This document shows positions 48,691 to 58,636 of a stretch of DNA of 64,000 nt, piece after piece. The translations under genes were made by a program, and so were the position numbers. The notes beneath the pieces are model-generated. The model searched no databases. It had not been told where the DNA came from and saw only the letters and a program-made list of their open reading frames with translations. The stretch is taken from the NCBI GenBank assembly GCA_049642065.1, contig JBAROK010000092.1, forward strand, positions 17,613 to 81,612. The letters are read 5' to 3'. Origin of the DNA: Candidatus Omnitrophota bacterium (GTDB taxonomy: Bacteria; Omnitrophota; Gorgyraeia; Tantalellales; Tantalellaceae). Within the stretch, counting starts at the first letter, position 1; the number at the start of each line of letters is the position of its first letter.

Positions 48691-49863
48691 GTGCCCAAAA
48701 TGACAAACGCGATCCTGACACGAGAAGAGATCGAAAAAAGAGAACACGAATGGCTTGCGCCGTACGCTATGAAGAGTTCTGAATCTTGCGGTCGGCACCA
48801 TGACGAAAAAGAGCATCCCTACCGTACTGTCTACCAGCGAGACAAGGACAGGATCATCTATTCCACAGCGTTCCGCAGACTTGAATACAAAACACAAGTT
48901 TTTGTTAACCATGAAGGCGATTATTACAGGACCCGGCTTACACATACGCTTGAAGTAGCCCAGATCGCAAGGACTTTCGCCAGGGCGCTTCGTCTTAACG
49001 AGGACCTTGTCGAAGCGCTGGCTCTTGCTCACGATCTTGGACACACGCCGTTCGGTCATGCGGGAGAGGATACGCTGAATGAACTGTTAAAAGACCATGG
49101 TGGGTTCGATCATAATACGCATGGGCTCAGGGTGGTGGACGTTCTTGAGGAAAGGTACCCACAGTTTTCCGGCTTGAACCTTACCCAGGAAGTGCGTAGA
49201 GGTATAATCCGGCATTCTACTCCCTTCGACAAAAAAAGATCATGCGATATGAACATAGAAGGTCCCTGGCTTATGGAGATACAGGTAGTGGATATAGCCG
49301 ACGAAATAGCTTATGATAATCACGATCTGGATGACGGGCTTAAAAGCGGTCTTTTAAACGAGGATGATCTAGCAGGCTTAGTACTCTGGAACGAGGCAGT
49401 CTCAAACGTTAAGACGCGCGGTGAAGGGCTTGCTGAACAGACAAAGCGGGCCCAGATAGTAAGGCACCTTATCAATTTGCAGGTATCCGACGTTATTAAC
49501 AGTACACTTGAGCGGATCCAGTCGCTTGGTATCGGAAGCGTTGACGATATCGAAAAACATACGGGAAAAGTGGTAGATTTTTCTAAAGAGATGTCCGTGA
49601 AAAGGGCACCCTACAGGACTACGCTGCTTAACAAACTCTACAGGAATTTCAGGGTAGTAAGGATGTCCAACAAAGCGTCCCGGTTTTTGAGGGCTTTGTT
49701 CAATACGTATTGCGATAATCCGCAACAGCTGCCGCCGCAAGCTTTGGAAAAGGTAGACGAGATCGGGAAGTATCATGTTATCCGCGATTATATGGCCGGG
49801 ATGACCGACAGGTATGCGCTGGACCAGTATAAGAAATTTTTCGAACCGTACGAAAGAGTATAG
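48691..49863 (+). CDS. dgt: dGTP triphosphohydrolase-like HD-domain protein
   Basis: YRTRLTHTLEVAQIAR...HDLGHTPFGH HD motif and length typical of Dgt-type enzymes. Confidence 0.85.
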   Translation: MPKMTNAILTREEIEKREHEWLAPYAMKSSESCGRHHDEKEHPYRTVYQRDKDRIIYSTAFRRLEYKTQVFVNHEGDYYRTRLTHTLEVAQIARTFARALRLNEDLVEALALAHDLGHTPFGHAGEDTLNELLKDHGGFDHNTHGLRVVDVLEERYPQFSGLNLTQEVRRGIIRHSTPFDKKRSCDMNIEGPWLMEIQVVDIADEIAYDNHDLDDGLKSGLLNEDDLAGLVLWNEAVSNVKTRGEGLAEQTKRAQIVRHLINLQVSDVINSTLERIQSLGIGSVDDIEKHTGKVVDFSKEMSVKRAPYRTTLLNKLYRNFRVVRMSNKASRFLRALFNTYCDNPQQLPPQALEKVDEIGKYHVIRDYMAGMTDRYALDQYKKFFEPYERV

Positions 49864-49869
49864 CTGAAT

Positions 49870-51372
49870 ATGGAAAAGTTGTATTTGAAATTAAAAGAGA
49901 ACTGGGATCTTAGGCAGGAGATAGCAGCTTTCAGCAAACATCTCAAGAACCCCGTATGGACTATCCTGCCGGTTTTTTCAGGTGGCACGAACGAGCTAAA
50001 AAATACAGATCTTGGAAAAAGCGTTAAAGCCGCCGTAGCAGACGCTAAAAAAATTCCGGACGAGCTTACTAATATACTTAAGTCCATTAAAAAGGCGAAA
50101 AATGATAAAGTGCTGGAACGGTTCCGGTATGGCAGGATGCATGGGCTGTGCTACCCTTTGATGGCAGATGAAGAGGTGATAGGGTTTATTATCCTGGCGG
50201 GACTTAAAAAGCCCATGTCCGCGGATCTTGAAGGGATCTTTACGGCATTTACCGATGCTGTTATACGGGAAAGCCAGAAAGAGATCGAACTTGAAGAGAT
50301 AAACAAGACTATAAGGCCCAGGGCCGTTGCTCTTTCAACGGTTCATACCGTTCACAGGCTTATGTCCTCGACGCTGGACATAAACGAGCTTCTGCCGAGG
50401 ATAGCCAGGCTTTCGTTACAGGTGATACGGTCCAACCGCTGTTCGATAAAGCTGGTGGACAAGACCCGGAAAGTGCTTCTTCCTGTTGCTACCATTGACC
50501 TCAGGAAAGAGAAGACTAAGCTTAAAAAAGTGATTATTGGTCGTTACGCCCCAGGTAAAGCCGTTAAGGAAGGGATGTCTGTGCGTTCGACACGGTACCT
50601 GGCCACTCCCATGATCGATGAAGACGTCATCGGCGCAATAACGCTCTATGATAAGATCGACGGCAAGGAATTTACCCCTTTTGATGAAGAGATCATGAAG
50701 ACTCTTGGTGAGCAGGCGGCGATCGCTATCACGAACGCACAGCTTTTCCGCGAGCAGGAAGAACTTACGCTGAGCAGCATTCGGTGTATAGCTCATCTTA
50801 TGGAATCCCGGACGCATGGCACGCATAGAGCGGAAGGCTCGTTCCTCAAACTGATAAACATTATCGGCCGGAAATATAATATGAACGAGCTGGAGATCAA
50901 GATGCTTCAGTATGCCGCTATGCTTCACGATGCCGGGCAGATAAGTATTCCAGAAAAAGTGCTTATGAAACGAGGGGAACTTACGGGTAAAGAGCTGGAC
51001 ATCATAAAGAAACATCCTTCCAGGGGAGCTAATATCTTGGCAAAGTTTAAGCCACTTAAACCCATAGTTCCGATAATCCTGTATCATCATGAGAATTATG
51101 ACGGGACGGGGTACCCCAAGGGTTTGAAGGGTGAAGAGATACCTTTATCCGCACGGATACTTGCAGTTGTAAGCGCTTTTGAAGCGATGATAACAAAAAA
51201 ACCTTATCGCAGAGCTCTTTCGATAGGTTCGGCAGTGAGGGAAGTGAAAAGAAACTCAGGCACACAGTTCGATCCTGGTATCGTAGAAGTTTTTGGCGAT
51301 GCCATAAAAAGAAAAGACGTGAAAAAGCTCCTGGAAAAAGAGCTTGGGAAAACGCAATGGAAACAAGATTAA
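49870..51372 (+). CDS. GAF-GAF-HD-GYP domain protein (predicted c-di-GMP phosphodiesterase / sensor)
   Basis: Two GAF-like N-terminal domains. HD-GYP signatures LHDAGQ and HHENYDGTGYP. Confidence 0.8.
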   Translation: MEKLYLKLKENWDLRQEIAAFSKHLKNPVWTILPVFSGGTNELKNTDLGKSVKAAVADAKKIPDELTNILKSIKKAKNDKVLERFRYGRMHGLCYPLMADEEVIGFIILAGLKKPMSADLEGIFTAFTDAVIRESQKEIELEEINKTIRPRAVALSTVHTVHRLMSSTLDINELLPRIARLSLQVIRSNRCSIKLVDKTRKVLLPVATIDLRKEKTKLKKVIIGRYAPGKAVKEGMSVRSTRYLATPMIDEDVIGAITLYDKIDGKEFTPFDEEIMKTLGEQAAIAITNAQLFREQEELTLSSIRCIAHLMESRTHGTHRAEGSFLKLINIIGRKYNMNELEIKMLQYAAMLHDAGQISIPEKVLMKRGELTGKELDIIKKHPSRGANILAKFKPLKPIVPIILYHHENYDGTGYPKGLKGEEIPLSARILAVVSAFEAMITKKPYRRALSIGSAVREVKRNSGTQFDPGIVEVFGDAIKRKDVKKLLEKELGKTQWKQD

Positions 51373-51629
51373 AAAATCTATTAGATAAGAAGCTGTACAG
51401 GGATATCCTTACCTTTTTCTACAAGAACCAGACGAGTGTTGATAGTGTCGGTGGAATATCGACCTGGGTCGGTGACAGCCGCGAAAACGTACACTCTGCT
51501 CTTGATAAACTTGTCAAAATGGGAGTCCTTAACGAGGACAGCCAAGGTGTTACTAAAGGATATTGCTACACGCGTGACGAAGAGATAATGGACATCATTG
51601 AGGAATTGATGCAGGATGCCAAGAGTTAG
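51357..51629 (+). CDS. hypothetical small protein (possible wHTH), coupled to HD-GYP gene
   Basis: 90 aa. Start overlaps the HD-GYP gene end by 16 nt. Confidence 0.4.
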   Translation: METRLKNLLDKKLYRDILTFFYKNQTSVDSVGGISTWVGDSRENVHSALDKLVKMGVLNEDSQGVTKGYCYTRDEEIMDIIEELMQDAKS

Positions 51630-52164
51630 TATTTCAAAAGGATCCATATCTTTTCGCGTGCTTATCGTCCCAACCATTCTTATAGTCCTCGGAACGATTA
51701 TTTTCTTGAACATTAACGGTCTTGCCACGTTCTGTGTAAATAAGCTGACCGATTACACGTTGACGTACGATAAATGGTCAGGCAACTTATTGACAAACAG
51801 TGAAATACATAACATAAGGGTGGAATCGGGGAAGGACAAACTCCTTATCAGCGCAAAAGACGTATTCCTTGATTTCAGGTTAAAGGATTCTCTCAAGGAC
51901 ATGAATATAGTGGTGGGGTGCAAGTTGCAGGATGTTGCCTTCGGGTCCATAACTGAAACTAGCAAAGAAGTGTCTGAAGAGGAAGGGGACATAGGAGATT
52001 CGCTTTCAGGCGCGCTGACAGATCCTTTCGGTCCAGGACAAAGATATAGCAAAATTACCTTCATATTACTGCTTGAGTGGGACAAAGTAACGCTATATGA
52101 TTTCCAGGCGTATTCAAAGGAAATCGAGATCAAGGCAAAAGAATTCACATCTACCCTGAGATAA
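51616..52164 (+). CDS. hypothetical membrane-anchored protein
   Basis: 182 aa with an N-terminal TM helix. Start overlaps the previous ORF by 14 nt. Confidence 0.4.
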   Translation: MPRVSISKGSISFRVLIVPTILIVLGTIIFLNINGLATFCVNKLTDYTLTYDKWSGNLLTNSEIHNIRVESGKDKLLISAKDVFLDFRLKDSLKDMNIVVGCKLQDVAFGSITETSKEVSEEEGDIGDSLSGALTDPFGPGQRYSKITFILLLEWDKVTLYDFQAYSKEIEIKAKEFTSTLR

Positions 52165-52259
52165 ATCATTTACCTGCCAAAAATACTTGCCCAGAAAGCT
52201 AAAATCAGTATAATACTACTCTTGCTATTTAACAGTAATATGCTAGAATATAAGCCCAA

Positions 52260-52871
52260 ATGACCGATAAAGAGTTTCAAAAGGATTTTTTTGGAGACCG
52301 GAAATACGAAGAGAAAGCAAGAATACCGCTTTTAACTAGGCGGTACCCGGATCGTATTTTCCTGCCTCATCTGAAGATACCGGTTGAATATGCCGTTATT
52401 ATTTCTATTGCTGTATTAGTGCTAGTAATAATCGCGTATGCTGCCGGGGTTGAAAGAGGTAAAAGGGTTGGTTCTGTTACGACGGTAGAGGAAAGTTTTC
52501 AGGCTGAAACTGTTGCGGTAAAGCCCGCCGAGAGTGAAGCTATAGTGAGTGAAGAGGCTGTTGCAGTTACAGAGCCTGAGGAAGCCGTAGTGGAAGAAGC
52601 TCCAAAGCAGGGAACCGTTAAAGAAGTTGTTAAGATACCGGAGGGCCCTGTTGGCAAATATGTGATACAGCTGGCTTCTTTCAAGAATCTGGACTCAGCG
52701 GAAGAGGAAATAGAGAAATTGGAAAAGAACGGTATCCCGGCTGATGTGACCAAAAAGGGAGCCTGGTATCAGGTGTACGCTTCCGGATATACGACCATTG
52801 AAAGCGCTAAAAGAGCGAAAAAGCTACTCAGCGCTGATTACGAAGATTGTTATATAAGACGGTTAAAATAG
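52260..52871 (+). CDS. SPOR-domain protein (peptidoglycan-binding, cell-division type)
   Basis: N-terminal TM segment. C-terminal SPOR domain YVIQLASFKNLDSAEEEIEKLEKNGIPADV...WYQVYASGYTTIESAKRAKKLL. Confidence 0.7.
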   Translation: MTDKEFQKDFFGDRKYEEKARIPLLTRRYPDRIFLPHLKIPVEYAVIISIAVLVLVIIAYAAGVERGKRVGSVTTVEESFQAETVAVKPAESEAIVSEEAVAVTEPEEAVVEEAPKQGTVKEVVKIPEGPVGKYVIQLASFKNLDSAEEEIEKLEKNGIPADVTKKGAWYQVYASGYTTIESAKRAKKLLSADYEDCYIRRLK

Positions 52872-52882
52872 GAGGAATTTAG

Positions 52883-53179
52883 ATGTCACAACATTCAAGT
52901 TTAAAAGGCGGCAAGGGCGAAGGCGTGTTTCGTTCGGTCTTGAAACGTTACGAAAAGATAAAGGAATTGTCCGGAAAGGATAAATGGGACGAGGAGAAAG
53001 ATTCCATTTACGGATTGCCTAAGGTCAGACGTATCAAGTTCAAGGTCAAAAAGGCCAAGGGTCCTGATGAAGAGAAACTGGAAGGCGCAGCACCCGCAGA
53101 AGGCGCAGCATCCGCAGAAGGTGCGGCTGCTAAAAAAGCACCTGCGGCTGGAGCGGGCAAGAAAGACGCTAAAAAATAA
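52883..53179 (+). CDS. small basic protein with Ala/Lys-rich histone-H1-like tail
   Basis: 98 aa. RBS ggagg. C-terminal GAAPAEGAASAEGAAAKKAPAAGAGKKDAKK tail. Confidence 0.45.
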   Translation: MSQHSSLKGGKGEGVFRSVLKRYEKIKELSGKDKWDEEKDSIYGLPKVRRIKFKVKKAKGPDEEKLEGAAPAEGAASAEGAAAKKAPAAGAGKKDAKK

Positions 53180-53191
53180 AGAGGGGTTGGG

Positions 53192-53512
53192 ATGGTATCT
53201 TTTGAAGATTTCAAGAAACTTGATCTTCGTGTTGCTAAGGTAACGGAAGTTAAGGAACATCCTAACGCTGATAAGTTATACGTGCTGCAGATAGATACCG
53301 GATGTGAGACGAAGCAGATAGTTGCGGGTATACGCGCACAATATTCTCCGGATGAGCTGGTCGGTAAAAAGATAATCGTGATCAATAATCTTGAACCGGC
53401 TACCTTAAGAGGGGAAGAATCTAGCGGGATGCTTCTTGCTGCTAATGATGAAGGGAACCCGATTATACTTGTACCCGAGCGGGATGTTCCTGAAGGATCC
53501 CCGGTATCTTAA
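53192..53512 (+). CDS. tRNA-binding domain protein (CsaA/Trbp111-like, OB fold)
   Basis: DLRVAKVTEVKEHPNADKLYVLQIDTG...QIVAGIRAQYSPDELVGKKIIVINNLEPATLRGEESSGMLLAA matches the MetG C-terminal/EMAPII-type domain. Confidence 0.8.
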   Translation: MVSFEDFKKLDLRVAKVTEVKEHPNADKLYVLQIDTGCETKQIVAGIRAQYSPDELVGKKIIVINNLEPATLRGEESSGMLLAANDEGNPIILVPERDVPEGSPVS

Positions 53513-53548
53513 GTGCATAGAACGGAATAAGCAAAATATAAAAGAAGC

Positions 53549-53580
53549 AGAGAGTTAACAATCTCTGCTTCTTTGTTTTT
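53549..53580 (+). terminator. intrinsic terminator
   Basis: Stem AAGAAGCAGAGA/TCTCTGCTTCTT with loop GTTAACAA, then TGTTTTT. Confidence 0.75.
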
Positions 53581-53595
53581 AAAACGGGAGATGTA

Positions 53596-54258
53596 ATGGC
53601 TAAAGGTGTTACCACCGAACAAATGGCTGAAATTGACAGGAAAGCCCAAGAAGAGTACGGTATTGCCCAAGTGGATCTAATGGAAAATGCCGGCCGGTCA
53701 GTAGCAGAAGAAATCCTTTCCGATTTTGGATCACTCAGAGAGGAGAAAGTAGCTGTTCTCTGTGGCAAGGGTAATAACGGTGGTGACGGGTTTGTCATAG
53801 CCAGACATCTTGCGGAGAAGGAACCGCAGTGCCTAGGAGTGTATATCACTGATCCCGAAGGCGTCAGGAAGGGATCAGCGCTGGACAACCTACAGCTAAT
53901 ACGCGGAAAGAAGATCGATATACGGTCTATGAACGAATTTGTTCAAGAAGAGGAAAGTTTTACTTTAGTCATCGATGCTATCTTCGGTACTGGGTTCAAG
54001 GGTGAATTGACTGAAGAACTGAAGCGTATAGCTAAAAAGGTCACTTCTTCATCCGCAAGGGTATACGCTGTTGATATCCCTTCCGGGCTGAACTCTACGA
54101 CAGGCAAGGCCTCGGAAAGCTCTTTTAAGGCGGATAAGACCGTAACTTTTGGGCTGCCAAAAACCGGTTTCTATCTGGAGGATGGGCCCGCGTTATGTGG
54201 CCAGATCATAGTCAAAGATATCGGGTTCCCCAAGGTTCTTCTTGAAGAGTACCTGTGA
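53596..54258 (+). CDS. NAD(P)H-hydrate epimerase (YjeF N-terminal domain)
   Basis: VAVLCGKGNNGGDGFVIARHL motif. 220 aa. Confidence 0.8.
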   Translation: MAKGVTTEQMAEIDRKAQEEYGIAQVDLMENAGRSVAEEILSDFGSLREEKVAVLCGKGNNGGDGFVIARHLAEKEPQCLGVYITDPEGVRKGSALDNLQLIRGKKIDIRSMNEFVQEEESFTLVIDAIFGTGFKGELTEELKRIAKKVTSSSARVYAVDIPSGLNSTTGKASESSFKADKTVTFGLPKTGFYLEDGPALCGQIIVKDIGFPKVLLEEYL

Positions 54259-54300
54259 TTTTTGCCTTTTCCAGTTTTATATGTTATATTTGACGGTATT

Positions 54301-55392
54301 ATGAAGAGAATAAAACTTAATTTAGGAGAAAAAAGCTACAATATTCTTATCGGATCGGGGAGTATCACGGAACTATCCAATCTGGTAAAATCCATGAAGT
54401 TTACTGGCCCTGTGGTCGTAGTGACCGATAATACGGTAAAGACCAAGACAGCCCGGCGGATCGCACCGGTACTCAAGAAACTTAAGAATGAGCTTATCCA
54501 GGTATCGGTACCGGCTTCAGAGAGGTCTAAATCCGTATCAGTATTCCGTGATGCGATCCAGAGAATAAGCAAAAAGACAAAGACGCACCGGCCGCTGATC
54601 GTAGCTCTTGGCGGAGGTGTTGTAGGCGACCTGGCAGGGTTCATCGCAGCTACTTACAGAAGAGGCGTACCTCTTATACAGGTGCCGACGACTTTACTGG
54701 CTCAGGTAGATTCTTCCATTGGGGGTAAAGTCGGTATTGACCTGCCGCAAGCCAAGAACCTCGTAGGTGCTTTTTACCAGCCCAAAGCCGTGCTCATGGA
54801 CCCGGATTTTCTGGCGTCACTTCCCAAAAGACAGGTTCGTAATGGTATGGCCGAGATAATAAAATACGGGATTATAAGCAGCCCAAGCCTTTTTGAATTT
54901 CTTGAGAACAATATGCAGGCTATTATTTCTCTGAAAAGAAAACCGCTTGAAAAGGTCATCTCAGAATGTGCTTCCATAAAAGCGCGTGTTGTTGAGAAAG
55001 ACGAATATGACTGTAAGGATGTTAGGATAGCGCTTAATTTTGGGCATACTATGGGTCATGCTATTGAAGCAGCTTCAGAATATTCTAAACTTTACAATCA
55101 TGGTGAATCCATCTCTGTCGGTATGCTGCTTGCTAGTGAGATCGCGGTGATGCTGGAGATGCTCAAGGAAAAGGATCTTAACCAGATCAAAGCCCTGATC
55201 AAGAAAGCAGGTCTACCGGTTAGCGTGAAAGGTGTTCCGATCGGAGAAATCCTAAAGTCTTTCAAATACGATAAGAAATTTACCAAAGGCGGGAACCGGT
55301 TTGTCCTCCCGCGCAAGATAGGTACCGTAGCAGTGGTCGAGGATATACCCGACCTATTGGTAAAGACCGTCCTGAAAAAATATGTCAGCTAA
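54301..55392 (+). CDS. aroB: 3-dehydroquinate synthase
   Basis: GGGVVGDLAGFIAATYRRGVPLIQVPTTLLAQVDSSIGGKVGIDL. The ATG at 54301 is preferred over 54262. Confidence 0.85.
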   Translation: MKRIKLNLGEKSYNILIGSGSITELSNLVKSMKFTGPVVVVTDNTVKTKTARRIAPVLKKLKNELIQVSVPASERSKSVSVFRDAIQRISKKTKTHRPLIVALGGGVVGDLAGFIAATYRRGVPLIQVPTTLLAQVDSSIGGKVGIDLPQAKNLVGAFYQPKAVLMDPDFLASLPKRQVRNGMAEIIKYGIISSPSLFEFLENNMQAIISLKRKPLEKVISECASIKARVVEKDEYDCKDVRIALNFGHTMGHAIEAASEYSKLYNHGESISVGMLLASEIAVMLEMLKEKDLNQIKALIKKAGLPVSVKGVPIGEILKSFKYDKKFTKGGNRFVLPRKIGTVAVVEDIPDLLVKTVLKKYVS

Positions 55393-55792
55393 GAAAATCA
55401 CTACCATAAGCGTCAAGTCTTCCAGAAAAGACCAGATAGTAGATATTACCGGTGAGGTGTCGGACATCGTACGGCAAAGCGGTGTCACTTCTGGCGTGTG
55501 CATAGTTTACGTGCCGCATACGACAGCGGGCGTTACTATAAACGAGAATGCCGATCCTGACGTTAAATCGGATTTTCTTATGGGTTTAAGCGAAATCGTT
55601 CCCTCGAATCTTGGGTACAGCCACGCTGAAGGCAATTCTCCCGCACATATTAAAGCGTCTTTGACGGGTATCTCCGCGAACATGATGGTTGATAACGGTA
55701 CGCTTGTTCTGGGTACATGGCAGGGGATATATTTCTGTGAATATGACGGTCCCAGATCGAGAAAGGTTCATGTAAAAGTAATAGAAGGATAA
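55382..55792 (+). CDS. YjbQ/UPF0047-family protein (secondary thiamin-phosphate synthase-like), copy 1
   Basis: 136 aa. VYVPHTTAGVTINENADPDV...HIKASL motif pattern of UPF0047. Confidence 0.7.
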   Translation: MSAKKITTISVKSSRKDQIVDITGEVSDIVRQSGVTSGVCIVYVPHTTAGVTINENADPDVKSDFLMGLSEIVPSNLGYSHAEGNSPAHIKASLTGISANMMVDNGTLVLGTWQGIYFCEYDGPRSRKVHVKVIEG

Positions 55793-55795
55793 AAC

Positions 55796-56191
55796 ATGAG
55801 AGAACACACAATAGAACACAGGGTAACTTATAAAGAGACCGACCAGATGAGGGTTGTTTATTATTCAAATTATCTGATCTGGTTCGAGATGGTTCGGACC
55901 GAATACTTCAGGGCCAAGGGGTTGGTCTATAAAGAGCTCGAGGATAATGAAAAGATATTTCTCCCTGTCACAGAAGCTCAGTGCGTTTATAAGGCGCCGG
56001 TAAAATACGACGACCTTATCGAGATAAAGGCAACTCTCAGTGAAATAGGCAAATCCAGGATCACTTTCGAATACGAGGTCATCAAAGACGGTAACGTTAC
56101 CACTACAGGCTATACGAAACATGTCTTTGTAAACGGAACGGGAAGAGCTATCCCTGTACCGGATAGAATCAAAGAATATCTCACCAAATAA
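55796..56191 (+). CDS. acyl-CoA thioesterase (4HBT / YbgC-like hotdog fold)
   Basis: 131 aa. YSNYLIWFEMVRTEYF hotdog-fold N-terminal pattern. Confidence 0.7.
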   Translation: MREHTIEHRVTYKETDQMRVVYYSNYLIWFEMVRTEYFRAKGLVYKELEDNEKIFLPVTEAQCVYKAPVKYDDLIEIKATLSEIGKSRITFEYEVIKDGNVTTTGYTKHVFVNGTGRAIPVPDRIKEYLTK

Positions 56192-56203
56192 ATTAAATTC
56201 TGA

Positions 56204-56860
56204 TCAGCGCATGCGTATTTCGTAATCTGTATCATGAGATGATACTATTACAGTGGACGGGTTTATCTTGCGGATCGTATAACCGGTCACGACGTCACCT
56301 TTGGTTACCAGAGCTCCGTTAATAATCGCTTGGGGATTTGTAGGCGAATACATGATACCGCTTACGATTGGAAGGTCCGCGGGGGCGATAGTTCCGTACG
56401 TTGTCTGGGTTTTCGGAACCGGCGCAGAAGGTTGTTTGACCGTTTCGGGTTCCAGGATAGCGGCGGGAACGGTCTCTTTAGGTGCCGGCATAGGCTTGTA
56501 AACAGCAGGAGCGGGTCTGGCTTGCTTAACTTGTTTCTCTGAAGCCGTTAGAAGGGGACGGATAAGCAAGACGGAACCGATAAGCACGATACACAAGAGG
56601 ACTATGCTGCCAGCTAAGATATGCGGGAACAGAGCCTTTTTATCCGGAGCTGCTTTAGCAGGTTTCGCTGCTAAAGGTGCAGCTATTTGCGGTTCGGTTT
56701 CGTTCGTCGGAGGGACAACTTCCTGCAGTTCTTGAGCTTTTTCTGGTGGCGCAAATTTGGCAGCCTCTTCAGCCCGAACTCTTTTCAGCTCTTCCGCTCT
56801 TCTCAATCTTACGGCGCGTTCTTTTTGCGCTTTTTGTAATGCTTTGGCTATAATGCTCAT
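56204..56860 (-). CDS. GspB/ExeB-like protein (Pro-rich linker, TM, C-terminal T2SSB-type domain)
   Basis: N-terminus MSIIAKALQKAQKERA is typical of GspB. Central TM segment, Pro/Ala-rich region, and C-terminal SGIMYSPTNPQAIINGALVTKGDVVTGYTIRKI. Confidence 0.6.
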   Translation of the reverse strand: MSIIAKALQKAQKERAVRLRRAEELKRVRAEEAAKFAPPEKAQELQEVVPPTNETEPQIAAPLAAKPAKAAPDKKALFPHILAGSIVLLCIVLIGSVLLIRPLLTASEKQVKQARPAPAVYKPMPAPKETVPAAILEPETVKQPSAPVPKTQTTYGTIAPADLPIVSGIMYSPTNPQAIINGALVTKGDVVTGYTIRKINPSTVIVSSHDTDYEIRMR

Positions 56861-57678
56861 ACGGTGATACTATATTGTCCTTCTATTTCTTCAATACTTT
56901 TTTCGACTATTTCAGGTTCAATAAGACGGGTTTCCCGCACAAATCCCATTAGAAGCGCCTTATCGCATAAGAGGTTAATCAGGCGTGGGATACCGTCTGA
57001 ATACGAATAGATAAGGTCACATGATTCGGGATAAAAGTTAATTATCTGTGAAGCCCCTGCGATTGCAAGACGATGGTGTATGTATCCATCCAGTTCGTTT
57101 CTTTCAAGCGCCCTTACGTGGAACCTTACGCTTATTCGCTGGCGAAGCTGTACCAGGGCGGGGGAGTTCAGTTTATCTCGCAGCTCCGGCTGGCCTACAA
57201 GTATTATCTGCAGAAGTTTTTCTTTGTCGGTTTCCAGGTTCGACAGCATACGGATAGTTTCGAGAGTGGATTTTCTCAGGTTCTGAGCCTCGTCGATTAT
57301 AAGAACCGTGTTATTGCCTCGTGAAAGCTGAGCCAGAAGGAATTCGTTCAGTTGTTTCAGGAAAGCGACTTTGTTGCGCCTTTCAGGTGTTATACCAAAA
57401 TCCGTGACAATAGCTTCAAGAAGCTGTGTTTCAGGCAAACTTGAATTGAAAATAAGGGAGGTCTTAGTATGTTCGTCCAGTTGCTTGATCAGCGCGCGGC
57501 ATAGGGTTGTTTTTCCCGCACCGATCTCGCCGGTTATTTCAATGAACCCTTTCCGGGCATGAATCCCATACAACAGGTGATCTAAAGCTTCTTTATGGGT
57601 ATGACTAAGATATAGAAAATCAGGATCACTGGTGACGTTAAAAGGGTTTTCCTTAAGACCATAAAAATCGAGATACAT
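56857..57678 (-). CDS. ExeA/GspA-like AAA ATPase (AAA_22 type; PEP-CTERM-locus / MshM-like)
   Basis: N-terminal FYGLKENPF, Walker A GEIGAGKTT, Walker B LIIDEAQ. Stop overlaps the gspB-like start. Confidence 0.7.
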   Translation of the reverse strand: MYLDFYGLKENPFNVTSDPDFLYLSHTHKEALDHLLYGIHARKGFIEITGEIGAGKTTLCRALIKQLDEHTKTSLIFNSSLPETQLLEAIVTDFGITPERRNKVAFLKQLNEFLLAQLSRGNNTVLIIDEAQNLRKSTLETIRMLSNLETDKEKLLQIILVGQPELRDKLNSPALVQLRQRISVRFHVRALERNELDGYIHHRLAIAGASQIINFYPESCDLIYSYSDGIPRLINLLCDKALLMGFVRETRLIEPEIVEKSIEEIEGQYSITV

Positions 57679-57794
57679 TAAGCGGACGACCTCCTTTTAT
57701 ATAGTATTATACCGCGTAAAAAATTACTGTAAAGCTAAAACTGACTGTGGGTTAATATTTACCTATGAGTTTCTTTGACAAGTGCCGAATTCTC

Positions 57795-57823
57795 TTGAAA
57801 TTGTAAAAATACTAAGGTAATAT
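57795..57823 (+). promoter_or_regulatory. sigma70-like promoter for PilZ gene in divergent intergenic region
   Basis: TTGAAA, 17 nt, TAATAT, ending 9 nt before the ATG at 57833. Confidence 0.4.
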
Positions 57824-57832
57824 TGAAGTGTT

Positions 57833-58201
57833 ATGATGTGGGACGGAATAAACCAGAGAAGATTTCCCCGGGTAAGTTACAGGTGCCTTATACTTGTTTC
57901 TAAAGACGGTCGGGAAGAGGTCATAGAGACCTTCACCGAGAATATCGGAGCGGGAGGGATTTGTGTTGTCCTGGACAGGGAGTTCAAACTATTTGAGAAC
58001 GTGGCAATGGAGATCTTTCTGGGGGAGGAAAAGGAGCCCATTAATTGCCAGGGGACGATCGTATGGGTCGTGAAACGGCATCCAACGACTGATGCAGAGA
58101 AAGTCGAGTACGATACTGGTGTTGAGTTTAGGGATATTTCGGACGAGGACATAAAAAAGGTGACCAAGCTCGTCGAAGATATATTAAAGGCCAAAACTTG
58201 A
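57833..58201 (+). CDS. single-domain PilZ protein (c-di-GMP receptor-like), copy 1
   Basis: QRRFPRV (RxxxR) and ENIGAGGICVV (D/NxSxxG-like) PilZ motifs. 122 aa. Confidence 0.65.
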   Translation: MMWDGINQRRFPRVSYRCLILVSKDGREEVIETFTENIGAGGICVVLDREFKLFENVAMEIFLGEEKEPINCQGTIVWVVKRHPTTDAEKVEYDTGVEFRDISDEDIKKVTKLVEDILKAKT

Positions 58202-58285
58202 CATCCTAAAAGGCGCATGATATACTTCAGGTAATTTTATTAGAGAGTTTAAAAATGATATATTAAGAAGGAGGTGAAGGAGAAA

Positions 58286-58612
58286 ATGAAGGCGATTAAA
58301 ACTTTAATGATTTGCTTAGTCATCATAGCTATGGTAGGAGTGGCTACTCAGTGTTATGCACAGGATCCTGCGAAGAAACTTGGCAGAGGTTTGGCCAATA
58401 TCCTAACAGGTTGGGTAGAGCTTCCTAAGAACATCTACGATACGAGTGTTGAAGAAAACGTACTTTCCGGCCTCACTATGGGTCTGGCAAAAGGTGTTGG
58501 TATGACGATAGTCAGAACGGGTGCCGGTGTTTATGAAACGGTTACTTTCCCGTTTCCGATACCCGAAGATTATCAGCCGGTTCTTGAGCCGGAATTCGTG
58601 TTCAGTGAATAA
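58286..58612 (+). CDS. small secreted protein resembling the exosortase-system-associated TIGR04073 family
   Basis: Signal peptide. KLGRGLANILTGWVELPKNI...G..KG...T..RTGAGVYETVTFPFP pattern as recalled for TIGR04073. RBS aaggagg. Confidence 0.5.
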   Translation: MKAIKTLMICLVIIAMVGVATQCYAQDPAKKLGRGLANILTGWVELPKNIYDTSVEENVLSGLTMGLAKGVGMTIVRTGAGVYETVTFPFPIPEDYQPVLEPEFVFSE

Positions 58613-58636
58613 TTCAACTATGGGTTGATTGCATTA

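Noticed and set aside
50416-51090. 224-aa minus-strand ORF, and other long antisense ORFs (e.g. 11250-11783, 9209-9736, 19886-20427, 21375-21962, 38106-38735)
   Set aside because: All are embedded antisense in + strand genes with strong family signatures. No RBS or motifs. These are typical spurious shadow ORFs.
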